A stretch of 64,000 bases of DNA from an uncultured Pseudomonadota bacterium (GTDB taxonomy: Bacteria; Myxococcota_A; Polyangia; Fen-1088). The notes beneath the pieces are model-generated. The model made no database searches and was not told the DNA's origin. It saw only the letters and a program-made list of their open reading frames with translations. The position numbers were made by a program, and so were the translations under genes. Every line of letters begins with the position of its first letter. The first letter of the stretch is position 1. Shown in pieces: positions 1 through 7,717 of this stretch. Location: contig CAWKBC010000027.1 of assembly GCA_963847705.1 (NCBI GenBank), positions 704,001-768,000 of the forward strand, given 5' to 3'.

Positions 1-585
1 GACCATCAGGATCTGGGCACCTCGTTGTCCGGGATCCCCTGCCTCGGCGTCCTCGAACACTTTCACCGGCTTCAGCCCGAGAGCGAGGAGGCGCGGCGCC
101 AGCCGGACGACGAGAACGCGCAGATCTCCTGGCCCAACTACCACTCCGGCTGGAATGGCGATCTTCAGTCCATCGTCGCCACCGACCCCCTCCACCCGCT
201 CCTGTTCCGCGACGGCCGCTCTTCCGAGGGGGGCGTCCTGGCCCGTTTCCCGGCGCACCCGCACGAGGGGGCGGTGGGACCGTTGCCGGACGATCCCAGC
301 GCTCGCGTGGTGGCGACGGGGCACAGCACGCGCACCGGCCGCGCCTTCAACCTGGTCGTCGCCGCCGAGCGGAAGCCCGGCGACGATGGCCGGCAGCACG
401 GCCGCCTGGTCGCTCACTCGAGCTTCCACCACCTCTGCGACTACAACTGGGATCTCACCCAAGGAGCGCCGTCGTTTGTCGACGATCCGCCGGGGTCGCA
501 GGTGGCGGCCGATCCCCACGCGCTCGACGACATCAAGGCGTACGTCCGGAACGCCGTGCGCTGGCTGGCGCCCGGCCCGGACTGA
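1..585 (+). CDS. Conserved hypothetical protein, 5'-partial (possibly class I glutamine amidotransferase-like fold)
   Basis: The frame is open from base 1 (DHQDLGTSL...) to TGA at 585, with GC3-rich codons and motifs NYHSGWNGD, PAHPHEG and SSFHHLCDYNWD. The fold assignment is a guess. Confidence 0.6.
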   Translation, partial: DHQDLGTSLSGIPCLGVLEHFHRLQPESEEARRQPDDENAQISWPNYHSGWNGDLQSIVATDPLHPLLFRDGRSSEGGVLARFPAHPHEGAVGPLPDDPSARVVATGHSTRTGRAFNLVVAAERKPGDDGRQHGRLVAHSSFHHLCDYNWDLTQGAPSFVDDPPGSQVAADPHALDDIKAYVRNAVRWLAPGPD

Positions 586-741
586 GGCGCCGGCGGATGC
601 AGGCGGCTTCTTTTTCGGGCGATCCCGGTCGCTGTCACCGGCCCGCGACTTGACCGTTGCGAACCCGTCGTCTGGCGGCTACGGAGTTTTCGCGCGCCGG
701 AAACGACGCGTTGACCAAATTTCTGTGATCCTGCCGACTGC

Positions 742-1692
742 GTGCAAGCACGAGGTCGAAACGAGGGGCGAGAGGGTGTTGGTGGTGCGGCCGTCGGTGG
801 CGCACCGGCCTCGCGGGGTTTCTCGGCGCAGCTGCGCGGCGCGAGCCTCTGGGATCTGATCCAGATGGAGTGTCTGGCGCGCTCGCACCGGGTGGTGCAG
901 GTGATCGGCGAAGGGGGCGTCGGATACCTCTACTTCGATCGCGGACAGGTGGTGCATGCGACCACGGCGCAACGGACAGGTGAGGCCGCGGCGCTGGAGA
1001 TCCTCGACTGGACCAACGGATCGTTCCAGAGCTGTGAGCGTGGCTGGCCGGCCCAAGCGACCATCCGCACCTCGCACGAGGGCCTGATTCTGCAGGCCGC
1101 CCAGCTGCGGGATGAACGCAGCGCCTCGAATCTGGTGGCCTTCCCGGCGCGCGGCGTGGCGGGCGACGACGTCGACCGCTACGAAGAGCTGGAGTTGAGC
1201 GAGCTCGAAGACGAGGACCACGACGAAGAGGAGACCGAGGCGTACGCGGAGGCAGCGCAAGAGGCGCAAAAGGCGCGAGAGGCGAGACAGGCGAGACAGG
1301 AAGGAGCAGCCGAGATGAGGAGCCCTGGGAGCGATGAAGCGGCGCTGACCCCCAAACCGGTGGCGAGCACCGCGAATGGTGCGGGGAGCGCGAACAGTGG
1401 TCGCTCCGAGCTGGGTCTGCTGGGCGACTTCTCGGTCATGATGCGGCTCGGGCCCAACGGCGCGGTGGTGAGCAACCGGGGCGGCAACGAAGAGCTGGCC
1501 GAGACGGTGGCCTACTCGCACCGCCTCTTGCAGTTGACCGGGGAGCTTCTGGGATTCGACAAGTTCTCGGCGGTCGAGTGCGGGTTCGTCGAAGGGCGCT
1601 GCATCGTCTTCTCCGACGGCGACGAGGTCGTGACGCTCCGGCCGCGCCCGGAGGTCAACCTGCAGACCCTGCGCGAGAGGCTGGGGTTGTGA
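742..1692 (+). CDS. DUF4388 (PATAN-like) domain protein with acidic linker and C-terminal Roadblock-like domain
   Basis: The N-terminal GFSAQLRGASLWDLIQMECL...GYLYFDRGQVVHA...EILDWTNGSF pattern is typical of DUF4388. A C-terminal ~95-aa alpha/beta module follows. The start codon is uncertain. Confidence 0.75.
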   Translation: MQARGRNEGREGVGGAAVGGAPASRGFSAQLRGASLWDLIQMECLARSHRVVQVIGEGGVGYLYFDRGQVVHATTAQRTGEAAALEILDWTNGSFQSCERGWPAQATIRTSHEGLILQAAQLRDERSASNLVAFPARGVAGDDVDRYEELELSELEDEDHDEEETEAYAEAAQEAQKAREARQARQEGAAEMRSPGSDEAALTPKPVASTANGAGSANSGRSELGLLGDFSVMMRLGPNGAVVSNRGGNEELAETVAYSHRLLQLTGELLGFDKFSAVECGFVEGRCIVFSDGDEVVTLRPRPEVNLQTLRERLGL

Positions 1693-2207
1693 CCGGGCAG
1701 GAGGCGGTGGCCCTCGGTGAGGGGGTTCGCACGAGCCTGGCCACGCTCAAGGACGTGGCCGGCATCGCCGGCAGCTTCGTCTGCACGACCAGCGGCCGCT
1801 TGATCGCCCGGGAGATCCCGGCGCTGTTCGAGGATGCCGTCCTGGCCGAGGCCGGAAGCCGCCTGCTGCGCATTGGTGAGACCTTCGCCGCCAGCGGCGA
1901 CACGCTGGAGTTCGCGGTGGTCCGCTATGGAGAGAACCGTCTCTACCTGAAGGCGGTCGCAGGCGGAATGCTCTGCATCGTGGTGGCCGGCGAGGTCAAC
2001 ATGCCGGCGCTCCGCATGGCGGCCAACCTGGTCGGGCGGCGGATCGCGCCCGCGGTGTCCCGGGCCGAGACGGAGCTGCCGCCGCCGGCCTTCGAGGCGC
2101 CGCCGCAACGTCCGACGCCGACGGCGCTGGCGGTGCCGACGAGCGTGCCGCCGCCGGCGTCGCCGGTCGTGCCGGGGCGCCGGTTTCGCGGACGGACAGT
2201 CGACTAG
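1689..2207 (+). CDS. Roadblock/LC7 (MglB-like) domain protein with Pro-rich tail
   Basis: The GTG start overlaps the upstream TGA (GTGA 1689-1692). LKDVAGIAGSFVCTTSGRLIA...VNMPALRMAA fits the Roadblock pattern. Confidence 0.75.
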   Translation: MTGQEAVALGEGVRTSLATLKDVAGIAGSFVCTTSGRLIAREIPALFEDAVLAEAGSRLLRIGETFAASGDTLEFAVVRYGENRLYLKAVAGGMLCIVVAGEVNMPALRMAANLVGRRIAPAVSRAETELPPPAFEAPPQRPTPTALAVPTSVPPPASPVVPGRRFRGRTVD

Positions 2208-2275
2208 GCAGCACGGCCGACGAGACAACCAGGACGGTGGCGCGCGAGCGCCCGCGACGAGGAGAAAGCGACGAC

Positions 2276-3796
2276 ATGGTGGCGAGGTTCAAGACGTTGT
2301 GGCGCAGCCCGGAATCGCGAAAGGTTCTCTACGCCATCCTGGGCGGCAAGGCGATCGGGCTGGGGATCATCCTGGCTGTTCTCTGGGGATTGCCGAGCTA
2401 CTTCGGGCACCCGGCCCAGGCGGCCGACGCCGCCGGCGCGCACTCCGAGTGTGTGAACCCGCTCAACACGGCCTGGACGCTGAGCGCCGCGTTCCTCGTC
2501 TTCTTCATGCAGGCGGGCTTTCTCTTCCTCGAGGCCGGCTTCGCGCGCACGCGCGAGACGGTCAACGTGCTCCTCGAGGGGATCGTCGACACCTGCCTGT
2601 GCGGCGCCCTCTTCTGGGCCTTCGGGTTCGCCTTCATGTTCGGCGCCGGCAACGGCTTCATCGGCCTGCAGTACTTCTTCCTGCACGGCGCGCCCGAGAC
2701 CTACGGCTCGACCGGCGTTCCCATCGAGGCCTTCTGGCTGTTCCAGTTCGCCTTCGCCGACACCTGCAGCACCATCACTTCGGGGGCGATGGTGGGGCGG
2801 ACGTCGTTCGCCGGGGATCTCTGGTACAGCATCGGCGTCAGCGGGTTCATCTATCCGATCTTCGGCCACTGGGCCTGGGGCCCGGACGGCTGGCTGAACA
2901 ACATCCACCCGGTGGCGTTCCACGACTTTGCCGGATCGACGGTGGTGCACACCATCGGCGGCTTCATCGCGCTGGCCGGGGCCATGGCGCTGGGACCGCG
3001 GCTGGGACGCAAGTTTGCGCGCGACGGCGGCGGCATCATGGCGGGGCACAACATGACCCTGGCTGCGGTCGGCGGCGTCATCCTCTGGTTCGGCTGGTAC
3101 GGCTTCAACCCCGGCAGCACGCTGTCGGCGATGGATCTGCGCGGCATCGGGCGCGTGGCCACCAACACGACGCTGGCCGCCTGCGCCGGCGGCCTGTCGG
3201 CCCTGGCGTTCATCTATGTGCGCGGCAAGTACTGGGACTGCGGCATCACGGTGAATGGCTTTCTCTCGGGGCTGGTCGCCATCACCTGCCCCTGCTACTG
3301 GGTCTCGCCGACCGGGGCGTTCATTCTGGGCGCCATCGCCGGCGTGGTCTGCTGCCTGTCGGTCGACCTCTTCGAGTACCTGCGGATCGACGATCCGGTG
3401 GGCGCCGTTTCGGTGCACGGGGTTTGTGGGATCTGGGGGACGCTGAGCCTGGGGCTGTTCGCCACCGGCCAGTACGGGGCGCCGGGCCAGTACGGCGCCG
3501 ACACGTCGACGACGGTGCGCGGGCTGTTTTACGGCGGCGGGACCAACCAGCTGGTCGCGCAGGTGACCGGGAGCTTCTGCATCTGCGGCGCGACCTTCGT
3601 CGCCTCGCTCATCATGATGTACGGCCTCAAGGCGCTGGGCGTGCTGCGGCTCTCGGCCGAGCGGGAGCTGGCAGGGATGGACATCACCGAGCACGGTGGG
3701 CCGGCCTACCCGGAGCTGGTCCCGATCGACGCCGCCGATCCCCGGCGCGACCTGCTGCGCGAGCCGTCGACCGCGCTTCTGCCCCTGCCGCGCTGA
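2276..3796 (+). CDS. amtB: Ammonium transporter (Amt family)
   Basis: Motifs FFMQAGF, FQFAFA, DFAGSTVVH, WFGWYGFN and DDPVGAVSVHG are present, including both twin His. A GGAGA RBS precedes ATG 2276. Confidence 0.95.
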   Translation: MVARFKTLWRSPESRKVLYAILGGKAIGLGIILAVLWGLPSYFGHPAQAADAAGAHSECVNPLNTAWTLSAAFLVFFMQAGFLFLEAGFARTRETVNVLLEGIVDTCLCGALFWAFGFAFMFGAGNGFIGLQYFFLHGAPETYGSTGVPIEAFWLFQFAFADTCSTITSGAMVGRTSFAGDLWYSIGVSGFIYPIFGHWAWGPDGWLNNIHPVAFHDFAGSTVVHTIGGFIALAGAMALGPRLGRKFARDGGGIMAGHNMTLAAVGGVILWFGWYGFNPGSTLSAMDLRGIGRVATNTTLAACAGGLSALAFIYVRGKYWDCGITVNGFLSGLVAITCPCYWVSPTGAFILGAIAGVVCCLSVDLFEYLRIDDPVGAVSVHGVCGIWGTLSLGLFATGQYGAPGQYGADTSTTVRGLFYGGGTNQLVAQVTGSFCICGATFVASLIMMYGLKALGVLRLSAERELAGMDITEHGGPAYPELVPIDAADPRRDLLREPSTALLPLPR

Positions 3797-3815
3797 GAGG
3801 GGGCGCGGCCCGCGG

Positions 3816-5192
3816 TTACTCGCCGGGCCCGTCTTTGACGATCGCCAGCGGGGCGCTGCTGTCGCGCGCCTGGCGCGGCTCGAGGGAGGCCGGACCCGAC
3901 TCGGCCAGCAGCCCGGCGGCGGGCATCAGATCGGCGATGGTCAGCCCGGCGATCCGGCGCTTGCGCTCCTCGTCGAGCTCGACCACCAGCTCTCGCAAGG
4001 CAGGCGAGGTCGCGCCGTGGGCGATCTCGACGTCGGTCGAGCGAAACGCCGCCAGCACCTCCTCGAGCCGGATCGCCGTCGCCGCCCGCCCCGGGACGTA
4101 GCCGTTGAGATCGCCGCGCACCTCGGCGATGAGGCCGCGCGCCTTCAGCCGGGCCACGACCCGTTCGATGTTGTGCGGGGTCAGGCCAAACTCGGTCACC
4201 AGGCGCTCCTTGGAGTGACCGGCGCCGCCCGCCTCGTGGGTCGCCGCCACGGCCGCCAGGATCTGGGCCGCCACCAGGCCATTGATCGGCTCGTCGTCGC
4301 GCTGCCGCCGGTCTTCCGCCTCGAGCAGCCGCAGGTTCTGCAGGGCGTGGGTGATCTCGGCGCCCAGCAGGATCAGCACCCAGGCGGCGTAGATCCAGAC
4401 CAGCACCAGCGGCACCAGGCCCAGCGGCCCGTACACGCTGTTGTAGCTCTTGAGCATGATCCGCTCGGCGAAATGCACGAAGAGGTACTTGGTCGCCTCC
4501 AGCAGCCAGGCCGTCGCCAGCGCCCCCGCGGCCGCTGCCGACCACTCCACGTTGGTGCGCGGCAGGAGCTTGTTCATGAGGACCAGGCCCAGAAGCTCGA
4601 TCATGAAGGGCGCGAAGAAGCGCGTCATGCCGTCCGCGGAGATGAGCCGCCCCGACCAGTAGAGCGAGAACCCCGCCAGCGTCGGCAGCAGCGTGACCAT
4701 CGCGTAGAAGGTGAGGAATTTTCCGATCAGCGTGCGCCGCTGGCCCACCCGCCAGATGTCGTTGAAGATCCGCTCGACGTAGCTGTAAAGCGAGTAGCAG
4801 GTGACGATGGTGAAGATGAGACCGCCGCCCCCGAGCGCGCCGATGCTGACCTTGCCGGCGAACGACTGGATCCGCTCGCTGACGTCGGACATCCGTGGGA
4901 AGACGTGCTCGGAGAAGAACTGCAGGAGCCGCGACTCGGCGTCGAGCGAGCCGACGCCCCGCAGGATCGAGAAGGCGATCGCCGTGACCGGCACCAGCGA
5001 GAGCGCCGTCTGGAACGCCAGCGCCGCCGCCTGCTGGGGGCACTTGTCGCGCGCCCACTGCGCCAGGATCCGGATCGACAGCCGGTAGACGAAGATGGCC
5101 GCCCGCGCCCGGCGCGACAGCCGCAGGGTCGCGCCGGCGGTGTAGGGGTTGGTCTCCAGGAAGACCCGGAACTGGTTGAACGTCCGCCGCAT
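3816..5192 (-). CDS. YihY/virulence factor BrkB family membrane protein with C-terminal winged-helix (Rrf2-like) domain
   Basis: Motifs AAALAFQTALSLVP, FNDIWRV and YNSVYGPLGLVPLVLVWIY...GAEI are present. The C-terminal LKARGLI...GYVPGR segment is wHTH-like. Confidence 0.85.
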   Translation of the reverse strand: MRRTFNQFRVFLETNPYTAGATLRLSRRARAAIFVYRLSIRILAQWARDKCPQQAAALAFQTALSLVPVTAIAFSILRGVGSLDAESRLLQFFSEHVFPRMSDVSERIQSFAGKVSIGALGGGGLIFTIVTCYSLYSYVERIFNDIWRVGQRRTLIGKFLTFYAMVTLLPTLAGFSLYWSGRLISADGMTRFFAPFMIELLGLVLMNKLLPRTNVEWSAAAAGALATAWLLEATKYLFVHFAERIMLKSYNSVYGPLGLVPLVLVWIYAAWVLILLGAEITHALQNLRLLEAEDRRQRDDEPINGLVAAQILAAVAATHEAGGAGHSKERLVTEFGLTPHNIERVVARLKARGLIAEVRGDLNGYVPGRAATAIRLEEVLAAFRSTDVEIAHGATSPALRELVVELDEERKRRIAGLTIADLMPAAGLLAESGPASLEPRQARDSSAPLAIVKDGPGE

Positions 5193-5267
5193 CCCTGGGA
5201 TCAGTAGAAACCCTGGCGGGGCATCCCGGCAAGAGAAGTCCGCGCGGGGAGCCACATTGGCGGTGCC

Positions 5268-6287
5268 TCAGCGCAGTGCGGCCAGAATCGCGGCGAAGGC
5301 GTGCGGTGTCCGGATCATGTCGCGGTGGCGGGTGACCGGAATCTTGACCACCTCGGGCTCGGCGCCCGCCCAGGCGTGCGCCGCCTCCACGGCGATGGTG
5401 CCGTCCCCGTCGGTCAGCGCGGCCTGGGACAACCCCGCCAGCCGCCCTTCGCCCGGGAGGCGGGCGCGCCCCTTCTCCACGACAATCCGAACCTGCGTCG
5501 GCAGTCCGGTGCCGCAGATGCAGATCAGCCGGCGCGGCGCCGCCGCCCCGTCGAGGACACGGTAGAGCTCCCGCACGCCGGCCAGCCGCTTGGCCACCGC
5601 CGCGATCCAGACGGGATCGTCCGGGTGGCGCCGGAACACCGACATGTGCAGCCGCCGCCAGGTCTCGACGTCGTAGAGGTCATGGCCGGCGTCGTCGGGC
5701 AGGAACTGCGCGCTGCCCGGTTCGGGGATCGAATCGAGCCCTCCCGGGCAGGACATGAACTCCTCGGGCGTCACCCGCCGACCGAGCGGCGCGAAGCGAA
5801 ACCCGGCGTCCAGACAGGCGACCGTCTCGACGGTGCCGGCGTGCGCTCCTCCCGAGGTGACCACCCGCTCGACCGGGAGCGTCCGGTCGGCCGCGTAGGC
5901 GGCGCGGACGATCGGACCGCCGTTCGAGAGCCCCAGGATATCGATCGCCTCCCCGGAGGTCGTGGCCAGGCGCCGCACCTCGGCCGCCAGGGTGACGCCG
6001 AGATCGACCACCGGTCGCCGCCAGTCGTAGGCGAAGTAGTGCAGGGTCTCGCCGCGTCGGTAACCCCCGTCGCAGAGCGCCTTTTCGAGCGCGCCGACCA
6101 GGTCGTACTTGAAGCCGAACAGCAGCGGGAGGCCGCGCAGGATCTCCTTGGGCCCGCCGCGCAGCCCGGCCAAGGTTCCGATCGGCGGCCCACCGTAGAG
6201 CTGCTTGAACTGCCCCCAGATGTAGCCGAGCTCAGCGTCGTAGATCTCGGTGCAGAAAAGCCCCGGGACCACCAGCAGCGGGCGCAA
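5268..6287 (-). CDS. Alpha/beta hydrolase, lipase/LCAT-like acyltransferase
   Basis: Motifs VVPGL, FAYDWRR, nucleophile elbow GLSNGG, DGDGTI and C-terminal His (RHRDMI). Confidence 0.8.
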   Translation of the reverse strand: MRPLLVVPGLFCTEIYDAELGYIWGQFKQLYGGPPIGTLAGLRGGPKEILRGLPLLFGFKYDLVGALEKALCDGGYRRGETLHYFAYDWRRPVVDLGVTLAAEVRRLATTSGEAIDILGLSNGGPIVRAAYAADRTLPVERVVTSGGAHAGTVETVACLDAGFRFAPLGRRVTPEEFMSCPGGLDSIPEPGSAQFLPDDAGHDLYDVETWRRLHMSVFRRHPDDPVWIAAVAKRLAGVRELYRVLDGAAAPRRLICICGTGLPTQVRIVVEKGRARLPGEGRLAGLSQAALTDGDGTIAVEAAHAWAGAEPEVVKIPVTRHRDMIRTPHAFAAILAALR

Positions 6288-6388
6288 GGTCGTGACACGG
6301 TAGCAGAGGCCGGCCTCAGGCTCGAATTCTTCGCTGCCGCCCGGAACGTTTTGAGGATTTGAGTGACTGTTGTATCCACAGAAGGCGG

Positions 6389-7717
6389 ATGCCCCCAGTC
6401 GACCAAACCAACACGGAGACCGAGGAGTCTCCGTCCGGCAACTCTCCGCAAAAGCACGCGGTTCTGCTGATCTCGGCGTTCGGCGCGCGACGCGAGATCC
6501 GCTTGCCGCTGGAGGGCGCGGTGACCATCGGCCGTGGGCCGGCGACCTCGGGTTCGGCGTCCTTCGAGGATCGGCTGCTGTCGCGTGAGCACCTGCGGAT
6601 CACCCGCAAGGCTCGCGGATACGAGATCGAAGACCTGGGGAGCCGGAACGGGACGTTCCTGGACGGCCCGAGGCTCGAGCGGCCGACCCGTCTGTCGGAT
6701 GGGGCCCTGGTCCTGTTCGGACATCATGTCGGCGTCTTCCGGTGGGCCTCCGATGCCGAGCTGGCGGCCCTGCAGCAGGACGCCGCCGCCCCGTTCGGAC
6801 CTCTGCCGACGTTCTCACCCGCGCTGGCGCTGACCTACGCGCGGCTTCGCAAGCTGGCCCGCACCGACGCGGAGCTCTTGCTGGTTGGCGAGACCGGCGT
6901 GGGCAAGAAGGTCTGCGCGCGCGCCCTTCACCGGGCCTCCGGACGCAAGGGGCGGTTCGTGGCCATCAACTGCGCTGCGTTGCCAGCCGCGCTGGTGGAG
7001 AGGGAGCTGTTCGGCGCCTCGGCGGGCGCCGAGGCGACAGCCAAGGGCGCCAGCGTCGGGCTCGTCGAGGCAGCGGAAGGGGGGACGCTGCTGCTGGACG
7101 AGATCGGCGAATTGGTGCCCGCGCTCCAGGCGAAGGTCTTCCGCTTCCTGCAGGATCGCACCTACAGCCCGCTCGGCTCGACCAGACGTCGCCGGGCCGA
7201 CGTCCGGGTGATCGCCTCGACCGCGCGCCAGGGGATCGGCCTGGGAGCCGGCGCGATGCACGGCGACCTGGTCGCGCGGCTGGGGGCCGATCCGATCGCC
7301 ATTTCACCGCTGCGGAAACGGGCGGAGGAGATCCTCTCCCTGGTGGCGCACTTCGGCGAGGGGACCCTTCGCGAGATCGAGCCTGCCGCGGTCCGGGCGT
7401 TGTGCCTCTACGGTTGGCCCCTCAACGTCCGGGAGCTGGAAAAGACCGTGGCCAACGCGCTCGCCCTGACCGTCGGCGTCCGCCTCCGCCTCGACCACCT
7501 GCCGGCCGTCATCCGGGGCGCCCTGCAGCGAGGCGCCCCCATCGAAGCCCACCGCCGCGACCCGCGCCCCGCTCCCAACAGCGCCGAGCTGGAGCAGCTC
7601 TTGAAGCAACATGACGGCAACGTCGCCAGCGTGGCGCGAGCACTCGACCGGAAATGGAACGTGGTCTGGCGGTGGGTCGTGAAGTACAAGCTGCGGCCGG
7701 AGACCTTCCGTGACTGA
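6389..7717 (+). CDS. FHA-domain sigma54-dependent enhancer-binding protein (degenerate GAFTGA loop)
   Basis: FHA motifs IGRG, SREH, GSRNGT; Walker A GETGVGK; AINCAAL; Walker B LLLDEIGE; WPLNVREL; C-terminal Fis-type HTH. The L1 loop reads GAEATA. Confidence 0.88.
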   Translation: MPPVDQTNTETEESPSGNSPQKHAVLLISAFGARREIRLPLEGAVTIGRGPATSGSASFEDRLLSREHLRITRKARGYEIEDLGSRNGTFLDGPRLERPTRLSDGALVLFGHHVGVFRWASDAELAALQQDAAAPFGPLPTFSPALALTYARLRKLARTDAELLLVGETGVGKKVCARALHRASGRKGRFVAINCAALPAALVERELFGASAGAEATAKGASVGLVEAAEGGTLLLDEIGELVPALQAKVFRFLQDRTYSPLGSTRRRRADVRVIASTARQGIGLGAGAMHGDLVARLGADPIAISPLRKRAEEILSLVAHFGEGTLREIEPAAVRALCLYGWPLNVRELEKTVANALALTVGVRLRLDHLPAVIRGALQRGAPIEAHRRDPRPAPNSAELEQLLKQHDGNVASVARALDRKWNVVWRWVVKYKLRPETFRD

